This document shows positions 18,705-27,273 of a stretch of DNA of 51,127 nucleotides, piece after piece. Origin of the DNA: Patescibacteria group bacterium (GTDB lineage: Bacteria; Patescibacteriota; Minisyncoccia; UBA6257; GWB1-50-10); assembly GCA_040757555.1 (NCBI GenBank), contig JBFLWN010000001.1, positions 1 through 51,127 on the forward strand, read 5' to 3'. The notes beneath the pieces are model-generated. The model saw only the letters and a list, made by a program, of their open reading frames with translations. It was not told where the DNA came from and did no database searches. Positions within the stretch are counted from its first letter, which is position 1. Every line of letters begins with the position of its first letter. Position numbers and translations under genes: made by a program.

Positions 18705-19876
18705 ATTTTTAATACCCGTCTAATCCCCTCAACGTCTTTTTCGTGTGAATAATTTTTTATAATCTCTAAAGACTTTTTTTTGTAATTTCCCGAAAGAGTT
18801 AAAAATAAACATTCGGTGAATTTTTCTACATCTCCTAAGGGAAATACAAATCCATTTTCGCCCCGTTTTACTAAATCATATCCACACCCTACCACGTCAG
18901 AAACAATCACTGGAAGGTCAAAACACATTGCCTCATTTACCATAAGTCCCCACGTTTCTCCCATACCAGAAGGAAGCACAAATACGTCGGAAATGACATA
19001 AAACGCCGGAGATTCTGTTTGGTTTTTGAACCCCACAAAATGTACATCTTTCAAGTTATGTTTACTCGCATATATTTCGAGTTCTGAACGGAGGGCACCA
19101 TCACCAAGGAAAATAAGAGCTGGAGTAATCGGTAATTTGTAATTAGTAACTAGTAACTCATATGCGCGGAGAAGATCCATTGGTCGTTTTTTTTCAATTA
19201 ATTTTCCACCAAAAAGGATTATAGGACGATCATCTTCAATTCCTAAAAGCTTTTTTCTTAACTCTTTACGTTTTGGTTTTAATTCTTCGGCGGCCTTCAC
19301 AAACCGCTCATTGTCCACCGCATAAGGGACAAAAAATAACTTTTCTTTTGAAACACCATAATATTCATAAAATTTCTTATTTTGTTCTCCAATATATAAA
19401 AATGCTGAAACTCTTTTGAGTAATGTCCTAAAGAAAATTTTTTTTAGAAACTGTTTTAATTTTGACTTTTGTAACTCTTGATTCAACGGACTTTCCCCGT
19501 GCAATAATATGTGTGTACCAATTATTGGCGCCACGATTAACACAAGCCAATTTACAAACGAATTCCACCCATAAATCAACACGGCATCGTAGCGATTTTT
19601 TACAAGTTCCCTCACAATGCCAAAATTAAGTTGCCCAAAAAAATTACTTGATGGTTTTGGGGAAAAATTCTTTAAAAATTTATACGGATATCCTTCAAGT
19701 ATAGGAATATCCCACTTCACACTCACATTGAGCTCCGGATCATGGGTCTCTTTTATTCCGAAATCCCAATTAAAATAAACCATAAGATCAATATCCTCAG
19801 ACACCGCAAGTCTTCTCAATAATGGCGTCTGGTATTGAATGGCGTGGGACATAATTATTGCTAATTTCTTTTTCAT
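18701..19876 (-). CDS. glycosyltransferase family 4
   Basis: GKLIEKKRP, FVLPS..ETWGLMVNEAM. Confidence 0.9.
   Translation of the reverse strand: MKKKLAIIMSHAIQYQTPLLRRLAVSEDIDLMVYFNWDFGIKETHDPELNVSVKWDIPILEGYPYKFLKNFSPKPSSNFFGQLNFGIVRELVKNRYDAVLIYGWNSFVNWLVLIVAPIIGTHILLHGESPLNQELQKSKLKQFLKKIFFRTLLKRVSAFLYIGEQNKKFYEYYGVSKEKLFFVPYAVDNERFVKAAEELKPKRKELRKKLLGIEDDRPIILFGGKLIEKKRPMDLLRAYELLVTNYKLPITPALIFLGDGALRSELEIYASKHNLKDVHFVGFKNQTESPAFYVISDVFVLPSGMGETWGLMVNEAMCFDLPVIVSDVVGCGYDLVKRGENGFVFPLGDVEKFTECLFLTLSGNYKKKSLEIIKNYSHEKDVEGIRRVLKI
19122..19156 (-). repeat. 5 x period-7 array (TTACTAG TTACTAA TTACAAA TTACCGA TTACTCC) inside the GT4 gene
   Basis: GTAA at 19125, 19132, 19139, 19146, 19153 on +; encodes LLVTNYKLPIT. 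Confidence 0.85.
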
Positions 19877-19999
19877 CCCGTTAATAATAGGAAATATTTA
19901 TATTCCCGTACATCTTTTTCATATTTAGCACGTCCTTTTTTATTTTAATACACGTTAAACACATTCCCTCATTTGTTGTCAAAAGATTATTAACGGGAT
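19875..19999. mobile_element. MITE-like element with 14-bp terminal inverted repeats
   Basis: ATCCCGTTAATAAT (19875-19888) / ATTATTAACGGGAT (19986-19999); ATGAA repeated at both ends on the minus strand. Confidence 0.55.
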
Positions 20000-20004
20000 T
20001 CATG

Positions 20005-21078
20005 TTATTTTTTTTCTTCAACTTTAATTTTTATAAAATCCAATAATTTCTTTATCTGATTTTGATATGCCTCCGTGCCATACGCTCCAATAGTTCGACT
20101 ACGTAATACATTTCTATCTAAAAGCTCAGGTGATACATCACGTTTTAAAACTTTGGTAATTGCGTCACTAATTGAATTAATATCGTCCGATAAAACAATT
20201 AATCCGAGTGCGCCATTTAAAAGAGCTGTTTCCGCACCTTTCTGATTTCCTCCTATGACCGGAACCCCACACGACAGAGCCTCAAGAAGGACTATGGCGG
20301 GAAATCCTTCGTTTTTTGAGGGTAACACAAACACATCAGCAAGATTATAATAATCTACTAATTCCTCATTTTTTGGCGAATCGCCTAGAATTACACTTCC
20401 CTCCAGATGTAGCTCATGAATAAGTTGTCTCACATTAGAAACATCATCTCCGCCCCCCACTAAAAGATACTTTGCTTCTGGGATACTTTTTACTACCACT
20501 GGCATGGCTTTAATTACTCTCTTATATCCCTTGTTATCCCCATCGAGAACAGACATTCTTCCTATGGTCAAAATAACTTTTGAACCACTTAATCCATACC
20601 GTGACAACAAATCTTTAGATCTTTCCAAAATTTTAAAATGGTTCTCATCTACGGAGTTTGGTAATTTAAAAAGCCTTTCTTTAACACCTCTAACTTGATC
20701 TAATATGTTCTCTGCAGTCGCTTCAAATAAATAGATAATTACATCCGCAAGTCGTAAGGATTTTTTAAATGACTCTTTTATCTTTACGGTCTCTATGCCA
20801 TATACACTTATACTAAACTGAATGCCAAAGAATTTCTTTAAAAAATAACATAACGGAGAAAAATGAAGGTGTGTACAAATAATAAAATCTGGATTTTTGA
20901 AGATCGCAAAAAATAAAACCTTAATTGCAAAAAGCAATTTAGAAAAAAATCTCCCCTCTTTTCTTTCAATGAGAAATACATCACCCCCCTGTTCTCTCAA
21001 TGAGGACAAAAAAATACGATTGTATTTCTCTATCCCACCAATTTGATTTATGTCTGAACTGATAAAAAGTATTTTCAT
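20005..21078 (-). CDS. glycosyltransferase family 4
   Basis: MKILF..GGIE, TIGR..NKG, DVFVLPSKNEGF..LLEALSCGVPV; start set at MKILF. Confidence 0.9.
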   Translation of the reverse strand: MKILFISSDINQIGGIEKYNRIFLSSLREQGGDVFLIERKEGRFFSKLLFAIKVLFFAIFKNPDFIICTHLHFSPLCYFLKKFFGIQFSISVYGIETVKIKESFKKSLRLADVIIYLFEATAENILDQVRGVKERLFKLPNSVDENHFKILERSKDLLSRYGLSGSKVILTIGRMSVLDGDNKGYKRVIKAMPVVVKSIPEAKYLLVGGGDDVSNVRQLIHELHLEGSVILGDSPKNEELVDYYNLADVFVLPSKNEGFPAIVLLEALSCGVPVIGGNQKGAETALLNGALGLIVLSDDINSISDAITKVLKRDVSPELLDRNVLRSRTIGAYGTEAYQNQIKKLLDFIKIKVEEKK

Positions 21079-21083
21079 CTGAA

Positions 21084-22916
21084 TTAAGAAAATTTCTTTA
21101 ATACCTCTATTGCCCAATTTTGTGACCAGTGAAACTTAGTAACCGGCAATTTATAATCGGTAACTAGTAACCGTCCCGTGAGCCATTTTTGAAGTGGAAA
21201 CGTAAAACCCATCTTTGGACGATCCCACACCTCAGAAGGAATAATATCTTTTGTCGCATCTATCAAAAATTGCTTCTGATATTCCCCGGAAAGTTTTAGT
21301 TCTGCTGGAAGAGAAGATATATATTCAACAAGCGGATGATCGAGAAATGGAACACGAACCTCAATAGAATGCGCCATCGACATCACATCGGTATCTTTTA
21401 ATAACTGATTCTGCATATAGAGAGTAAAATCGAGATAGGAGAGGAGGTCAGCCGGAGAAAGGGTAACTAGTAAATTGTAATTAGTAACTAATAATTCGTT
21501 TTCTAGTTTTTTGATAAAACTCCACACGCTTTTTTCGGAAATACCTAAAACTTTTGCGACTTCTGAAGGAAGAAAAATACCACGAAACAAGAGATAAAAT
21601 TCAAGAATGCTCTCCGAACGCAAATATGAAAGTTTTCTGTATTTCCCCCCGAATATTGATCCCAAAAATAATAATGGAAGTTTTACTACTTTTGGCAATT
21701 TTTGTATTTTTCGGATAAATCCTGCTTTTCTAAAATTTGTATACCCGAGAAAAATCTCATCACTTCCCAATCCCGAAAGCACAACAGTGAGTCCCGCCTG
21801 CCTTGCGGCTTCTGAGATCATATATGAATTTATCCCATCGATACTTGGTTGATCCATTGATTTCCAAAATTCATCGAGTGTCTTATAAAAACCTTCTTTT
21901 GTGATAAGAATTTCCCTGTGCGCACTTCCAATTTTTTTTGCCACCATATCTTGATATCTTTTTTCTGAAAATTCTTCTTCTTCAAAATGTACCGAGAGCG
22001 TTTTTACGCTCTCACGCTGATCAATACTGATTTTAGCTGATGAATGCTGATTCAATTCACTACTGGCAAGTGCGGTAAGAGCAGAGGAGTCCAATCCACC
22101 ACTCAGAAATACCCCAATCGGGGCATCGCTAATAAGGTGTCCCCGTATTGAATCTTCAAGAAGTGTTCTTATTTTCTTAGATATAACAATTGGATCAGTA
22201 TCGGAACTTTTGTTTATATAAAAATCGAGAGGATTATAATATTGAGCTATTTTTTTATTTCCCGATGCATCAACTTCAATATAATTGCTCGCGGGAACCG
22301 CATAGACATTCTTTAATGTGGTGTGGGGAAGCGGGACAGATCCGAAAAGCAAAAAACCAATAGACGCCTCATTATTTTTCTCTATATTAATTTCCCCGCT
22401 TTTTTCAATCGCCTTCACTGTTGAGGCAAATACAACTTTCTCTTTGTCAAAATAGTAGTAGAGCGGCTTTATTCCATACCGGTCACGCACAAGAAAAAGC
22501 TTTTGTCTTTCTTCGTCCCACAAACCAAACGCAAACATCCCTCGAAGTTTTTTTACCATCTTAATTCCCCATTTTTCATATCCCGCAAGGATTACCTCGG
22601 TATCAGAATTGGTATGAAACGATATTCCTAAATTTTCTAATTCTTTTTTTAGTTCCCGAAAATTATATATCTCCCCATTAAAGGTGACAGAGATTTTTGC
22701 ACCACTCACATTTCTCCACTCCATTGGCTGATGTCCATCTTTTGAAAGGTCAATAATTGAAAGTCTTCGATGACCAAACCCTCCATTTGAAAACAAAAAC
22801 ACTCCCCGATCATCGGGTCCGCGCAACGCTTGAGATTCATCCATTCTTTCAATAGCGTGTTCAATTTCTTTTTGTTCTTTTTTCTCAAAAGACACTATTC
22901 CACTAATCCCACACAT
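21084..22916 (-). CDS. asnB: asparagine synthase (glutamine-hydrolysing)-like amidotransferase
   Basis: MCGISG, RGPD, HRRLSIID, FNGEIYN, RDRYGIKPLYY, LSGGLDSS, EVRVPFLD, KMGF. Confidence 0.93.
   Translation of the reverse strand: MCGISGIVSFEKKEQKEIEHAIERMDESQALRGPDDRGVFLFSNGGFGHRRLSIIDLSKDGHQPMEWRNVSGAKISVTFNGEIYNFRELKKELENLGISFHTNSDTEVILAGYEKWGIKMVKKLRGMFAFGLWDEERQKLFLVRDRYGIKPLYYYFDKEKVVFASTVKAIEKSGEINIEKNNEASIGFLLFGSVPLPHTTLKNVYAVPASNYIEVDASGNKKIAQYYNPLDFYINKSSDTDPIVISKKIRTLLEDSIRGHLISDAPIGVFLSGGLDSSALTALASSELNQHSSAKISIDQRESVKTLSVHFEEEEFSEKRYQDMVAKKIGSAHREILITKEGFYKTLDEFWKSMDQPSIDGINSYMISEAARQAGLTVVLSGLGSDEIFLGYTNFRKAGFIRKIQKLPKVVKLPLLFLGSIFGGKYRKLSYLRSESILEFYLLFRGIFLPSEVAKVLGISEKSVWSFIKKLENELLVTNYNLLVTLSPADLLSYLDFTLYMQNQLLKDTDVMSMAHSIEVRVPFLDHPLVEYISSLPAELKLSGEYQKQFLIDATKDIIPSEVWDRPKMGFTFPLQKWLTGRLLVTDYKLPVTKFHWSQNWAIEVLKKFS
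21136..21170 (-). repeat. 5 x period-7 TTAC-type array at the asnB 3' end
   Basis: TTACTAG TTACCGA TTATAAA TTGCCGG TTACTAA; encodes LLVTDYKLPVT. Confidence 0.8.
21460..21494 (-). repeat. 5 x period-7 TTAC-type array inside asnB
   Basis: TTATTAG TTACTAA TTACAAT TTACTAG TTACCCT; encodes LLVTNYNLLVT. Confidence 0.8.
22012..22051 (-). repeat. 4 x period-10 ATCAG array inside asnB
   Basis: CTGAT at 22017, 22027, 22037, 22047 on +. Confidence 0.7.
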
Positions 22917-22960
22917 GGATTAAGTATAAAGCGACAAAGAGAAAGTATAAAGTGGGAGAT

Positions 22961-23080
22961 ATAAAAATCTTTCCGCCAAAGGCGGATCCGCCTCGGGCGG
23001 AAAAACTAAAAACTCAAAACTCAAAATTAACAAACTAACCACGCCTGTCGGCGGGCAGAAATCTCAAAATTCAAAACCAT
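22961..23080. repeat. intergenic composite: GC-rich REP-like palindromes interleaved with period-7 AAAACT/AAATCTC units
   Basis: TCCGCCaaaGGCGGATCCGCCtcgGGCGGA, then AAAAACT AAAAACT CAAAACT CAAAATT, GCCTGTCGGCGGGC, AAATCTCAAAATTC. Confidence 0.7.
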
Positions 23081-23081
23081 T

Positions 23082-24695
23082 TCACTGCCATTCACAGAAG
23101 ATAAGTGGAGTCTGATTTTCGTATGATGTTATTTCTTTCCTATTTTCGGGACGACAGATTGTTTGTTCAAGTGGAATTTGCCACGTATTCCTTGAATCCT
23201 GCGCGTTTCCCGTTTTCGAATAAATCGCTATTTTATTTTTAAATCCCAATTTAGTGATTTCAGCCTGTACCTCGGGTTTAAAGAGGTCACTTGAAATGGG
23301 AAATATCTGCACTTGTGGAAACTGATTTCTATATACCACGAGTGCCGTACCCGGATTTCCCCATTGAGGATCAAAAAACAATACACTTGGGCTGGGAGCT
23401 GTCTTTAACATATTCACCGCCTCACGAATATTCCATCCGTTTGTCCAATTGAAGAGATCTTGTTTCATCTGTCCCGTCCCCTGTTCGAGATATTTCATTG
23501 GTGCACTTTTCATCATTACTATTTGATATCCGGACCACAAAACCATTGTAGCAATGATTATTATTCCACATCCCTTTATCCATTTTTTATCCGAAAAAAA
23601 CGAAAGAAAGGCAAAGCGTGCGATCATATATACCGTAAAAATCACCGTAAGGGAAATATAAATATGTTCATTAAACCACTTAAGTCCAAATATGACTCCG
23701 CAGGACGAAAGAATAAATAAAAATCCAATTGCGATATCTCGCCAATTTTTTTTCCAAATCATAAAGATAAAAAATCCTACAAGTGCAATCACTGCGGGCA
23801 ACCCATAATAATGTGCGAACACTCCATACACAATATTGAAGTTTTCTTTCCATATATCGAGGGGAAATCCAAACAATTCTTTTATCGAAAATGTCCATTG
23901 TCCCGTATATATATCACGTGCAAAAATACGCGCGGGAAGAATTATTTTATAGAGTAGAAATGAAAAAACCCATACTCCCACAAATATACCGATATTCCTC
24001 TGCCATGCTTTTTTCTTTTCTATTCGAATATTCCGTTCTTTTTTTGATATTTCTTCTTCCCCTTGTTTCTTTTTCCATTCCTTTCTCATTTCGAAGAAAA
24101 AGAAAAACGGAAGAAATATAAAAACATAAAAATAGAGAACGCCACTCTGCTTTGAAAGCAAAAGCATTATACCGGCAAGAAGTGCTCCCCCAATATCACC
24201 CCATGGAATTTTTTCTGCGGGAGCAGTAAGAATTTTTACAAATCCAAAAAGCAGGAGCGCTGCGGATGAAAGTACGAAGATATCCGCCATATATCGTATT
24301 CCCACATAGAGAGACGCGGGGAGAAGTGCGAATGTGAAAGCCGCAATAATCGCTGTTTTTTCGTCATACAATCGTTTTACGCCATAATATACCCCAATGA
24401 GCCCTATAATAGAGAATATAACGGATGCGGTCCTCCCTGCCGCAACAGGATCTTCGGAAATAGGCATAAATACAGACCCAATCCAATACTGGAGCGGAGC
24501 CTTCCAATCATTAAATACATTATCCATAGAAATGTATTTATATTTCGCAAAATCTTCGTGAATGAGTTGTGAGTATTGAAGATAGATACTCTCATCACTG
24601 AATATAGGAAACGAAGTAAGATTCAGAAATCTCACAAAAAGAAACACGACAAAAATCGCGATAAGGAGATATATGGAAAAATTTTTCTTCAGCAT
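23082..24695 (-). CDS. GT-C membrane glycosyltransferase (ArnT/PMT-like)
   Basis: PIFSDESIY after TM1, KAPL, AGR..S, many TMs, soluble C-terminus. Confidence 0.8.
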   Translation of the reverse strand: MLKKNFSIYLLIAIFVVFLFVRFLNLTSFPIFSDESIYLQYSQLIHEDFAKYKYISMDNVFNDWKAPLQYWIGSVFMPISEDPVAAGRTASVIFSIIGLIGVYYGVKRLYDEKTAIIAAFTFALLPASLYVGIRYMADIFVLSSAALLLFGFVKILTAPAEKIPWGDIGGALLAGIMLLLSKQSGVLYFYVFIFLPFFFFFEMRKEWKKKQGEEEISKKERNIRIEKKKAWQRNIGIFVGVWVFSFLLYKIILPARIFARDIYTGQWTFSIKELFGFPLDIWKENFNIVYGVFAHYYGLPAVIALVGFFIFMIWKKNWRDIAIGFLFILSSCGVIFGLKWFNEHIYISLTVIFTVYMIARFAFLSFFSDKKWIKGCGIIIIATMVLWSGYQIVMMKSAPMKYLEQGTGQMKQDLFNWTNGWNIREAVNMLKTAPSPSVLFFDPQWGNPGTALVVYRNQFPQVQIFPISSDLFKPEVQAEITKLGFKNKIAIYSKTGNAQDSRNTWQIPLEQTICRPENRKEITSYENQTPLIFCEWQ

Positions 24696-24697
24696 AA

Positions 24698-25282
24698 CTA
24701 TGGCTGCGAAAGAAATGCGCGAATTTCAGTGTCATCCGGCCAGAGAGAAAGAATAGTTTCTGCCACCTCCCTTGCTTTTATAATCTCTCCCTTTTCTTTG
24801 TACAGATTCAAAAGTTCATAGAGCACAGGGGGAAGCTTTGGACCAATGGTGCGAGCGGCAACATAATACCCTTCCGCTCTTTGATAGTCTTCTTCTTTGT
24901 TAAATCGCCTCCATAATACAAAATGCATTTGCCCCCCCGCAAGAAGATGACGAACATTATTTTTAAACAGGAGTGGTTCCGCATAATCCACAAGCGCACG
25001 AGTTACTTCTTCCGATTGATTTTGTTTTACTATAATATTCATAATATCGTTCGACAAAAATTTCGTTACTTCTTCTTCGCCAATTGGAGAATATAGTTTG
25101 ACCGCTTTATCGTACGCATTGAAATAATCACCAAGCGACTGCACCTTTCCCCCACTTACTGTTTTTAACGCATCAATATATGCCTGCGCTTTTGCCCAGG
25201 GTGCATAAGCGCCAAAATAAATTCCAATAACGGAAAGAATTATTAATACAATGATAAGAAGTTGTTTTACAAAAATATTCAT
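24698..25282 (-). CDS. membrane-anchored TPR-like protein
   Basis: N-terminal TM, then helical A..Y..A....P and L..LY...G....A patterns. Confidence 0.6.
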   Translation of the reverse strand: MNIFVKQLLIIVLIILSVIGIYFGAYAPWAKAQAYIDALKTVSGGKVQSLGDYFNAYDKAVKLYSPIGEEEVTKFLSNDIMNIIVKQNQSEEVTRALVDYAEPLLFKNNVRHLLAGGQMHFVLWRRFNKEEDYQRAEGYYVAARTIGPKLPPVLYELLNLYKEKGEIIKAREVAETILSLWPDDTEIRAFLSQP

Positions 25283-25297
25283 AGAGATAATTTAAAG

Positions 25298-25756
25298 GTA
25301 AAATCTCAAATCTCAAAAATGAAATTCAAAATTTAAATCTTATTTTTATTTTTCATTGTTATAATACTTGCGGCTAATATTTTAGATATTTCTTCGGTTT
25401 CTTTTAAAATATCATTGCTTTCTTTTTCGTTTAATTTCTTACTATCTCTCAAATAACAAATCCATAATTTTGATTCATTGGCTGATTTTAATGCGTAATG
25501 ATAAAAATTGATATAGTCTTTTTTAGAACTCGCAGATTTTGCCTCAATCACGTTTGCACTCACTGAGGTGCCACTTCTTAATAATTGTTTTCCAATAACA
25601 TCCGACGTTCTGTCTTTTGGGAGCCTCTCTATCATCTGTATAATTTTTAATCCATATAAATAAATCCTCCTATATAATTCGTTTTTGTATTCATTACCTG
25701 TCATATATTTTTTATTTTTTAACTGTACTTTTGAGATTTGAGATTTGAGATTTTAC
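25298..25756. mobile_element. four-helix-bundle cassette bounded by a perfect 20-bp inverted repeat
   Basis: GTAAAATCTCAAATCTCAAA (25298-25317) and TTTGAGATTTGAGATTTTAC (25737-25756). Confidence 0.55.
25333..25704 (-). CDS. four helix bundle protein (23S rRNA IVP / bAvd-like family)
   Basis: QLLRSGTSVSANVIEA..S.KDY..F...ALKSANES..W family signature; 123 aa, Lys-rich. Confidence 0.9.
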   Translation of the reverse strand: MTGNEYKNELYRRIYLYGLKIIQMIERLPKDRTSDVIGKQLLRSGTSVSANVIEAKSASSKKDYINFYHYALKSANESKLWICYLRDSKKLNEKESNDILKETEEISKILAASIITMKNKNKI

Positions 25757-27154
25757 ATCAGTAAGCCGATATGTCGCAAGTGCGAAAAACACAAATAAAT
25801 TAAGGTAAATAATAGAGACATCAAAAAGAACAAGACCTTGAACGAGATATGACAATGGAAGGGCAAAAAGAAGGGCATCTTCCATCACAAAAGAACCGTC
25901 TCGCACTTCTTGTTTTTTTTCTTTTACTAAATCTTTTTGTGATGGAGAATTTCCAATTTCGAATTTCGAATTTCCAATTTTATTTTTAAATAAGCCGGAT
26001 TTTTTGAAAATAAGAACAAAAAAAGTAATAAAAATACCAAAATAACTTAAGAAACCAAGGATGCCGGTTTCAGCGAGATAATCAAAATAAATACTATGTG
26101 CCCTATCGAACCACGCGCCAAATTGCTGACCGGGAACGAAATATTTTGTGTTGAAATTTGTATCGAAAATCTGGAGATAATTTTCAGGACCCCATCCCAA
26201 AAGTGGTCGCTCTTTAAATCCATCCCACGCGATTTTCCACATGATAGTACGATGTTCAAACGTTTGTGCACGTACCGAAAGATCAAAAAGACGTGATCCG
26301 GGAAGATCTTTCGCAAGCGGAGAATTGCTTACTCCTATTATTCCCCCAAAAAGAACAATAAGAACCACGGTTGCAATAATAAACTTTTTTCGCCATTTTT
26401 TACTCGTAAATCCGACATATCCAAGAAATCCTATGAGCGAAATAGCAAGTCCAACAAATCCTCCACGTGTCGCAGCGGCAAAAAATACCACAAGAAAAAT
26501 GAGAAATAATACTCCCATGAATATCCCCCCTGCGGATTTAATTTTTGCGCTATATTTTTTTATGAAAAGATATGCGACATAAAACATGAGAAAAATTGCA
26601 TATGTTGCAACATATGCAGGATTTCCTATTGATCCCTGAAATCGAAATCCAGGGCCAAATTGTGCACCTATAAAATTATTCACTCCCGAGGCAGCAAGAA
26701 GTCCATATAAAGACATGAGAAGTCCCCCTGCAATTCCCCATTGAAATAAACGAAACCAATCTTTTTCTTCTTTGAAAAGTGTTACGAGTAACACAAAATA
26801 AATGTAGAAACAAAGCATTTGTAACCCCCCCTCTCCCCGCTCAAAATTGGACCAAAAAGAATTTAGCGGATCAATACCAAAAAATCCTGCAAGAAGAAAT
26901 ATAAGAACAAAGATACTTACCGCAATCGTGAGGGGGCGTCGAAATATTTCGATTAACCTTTTCCACATAACCTCCACATGATCCTCAAACAGAAGTCCGA
27001 TAAGAAAGAAAATCAGTGCCAAAAACACTAAACTTCGAAACCATACATATTTTCCCACAATAAACGGAAAAAGCGTTGATGTGGTTACTAGAACCACTCC
27101 TATCATAGGAAGAAGGAGAAGAAATTTTGATGTCTTAAAAAATGAAAAATTCAT
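25712..27154 (-). CDS. O-antigen ligase / O-oligosaccharyltransferase family (Wzy_C)
   Basis: GSIGNP, TRGG, R..MW..AW..FKERPLLGWGPENY, DRAHS...YLAETGILG. Confidence 0.9.
   Translation of the reverse strand: MNFSFFKTSKFLLLLPMIGVVLVTTSTLFPFIVGKYVWFRSLVFLALIFFLIGLLFEDHVEVMWKRLIEIFRRPLTIAVSIFVLIFLLAGFFGIDPLNSFWSNFERGEGGLQMLCFYIYFVLLVTLFKEEKDWFRLFQWGIAGGLLMSLYGLLAASGVNNFIGAQFGPGFRFQGSIGNPAYVATYAIFLMFYVAYLFIKKYSAKIKSAGGIFMGVLFLIFLVVFFAAATRGGFVGLAISLIGFLGYVGFTSKKWRKKFIIATVVLIVLFGGIIGVSNSPLAKDLPGSRLFDLSVRAQTFEHRTIMWKIAWDGFKERPLLGWGPENYLQIFDTNFNTKYFVPGQQFGAWFDRAHSIYFDYLAETGILGFLSYFGIFITFFVLIFKKSGLFKNKIGNSKFEIGNSPSQKDLVKEKKQEVRDGSFVMEDALLFALPLSYLVQGLVLFDVSIIYLNLFVFFALATYRLTDVKSQISNLKSTVKK
25947..25981 (-). 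repeat. 5 x period-7 GAAATT(C/G) array inside the O-antigen ligase gene
   Basis: AATTT(C/T) at 25948, 25955, 25962, 25969, 25976; encodes KIGNSKFEIGNS. Confidence 0.8.
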
Positions 27155-27208
27155 AACTTATACTTAGCAATCTAATTACAGATTTTAGTGTACATTATTA
27201 TTAGCGAA

Positions 27209-27236
27209 TCAAAAAGCCCCCGAAGGGGCTTTTTGA
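27209..27236 (-). terminator. intrinsic terminator of the S-layer-like gene
   Basis: TCAAAAAGCCCC-TTCG-GGGGCTTTTTGA. Confidence 0.85.
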
Positions 27237-27273
27237 CTAGGTTTTACGCTACCTAAAAACCAAACTCTAAGAA

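Noticed and set aside
25333-25704. Diversity-generating retroelement suggested by the Avd-like protein
   Set aside because: No reverse transcriptase and no TR/VR pair differing at adenines was found in the window.
25298-25756. 23S rRNA intervening sequence
   Set aside because: The flanks are protein-coding genes and no rRNA sequence is present.
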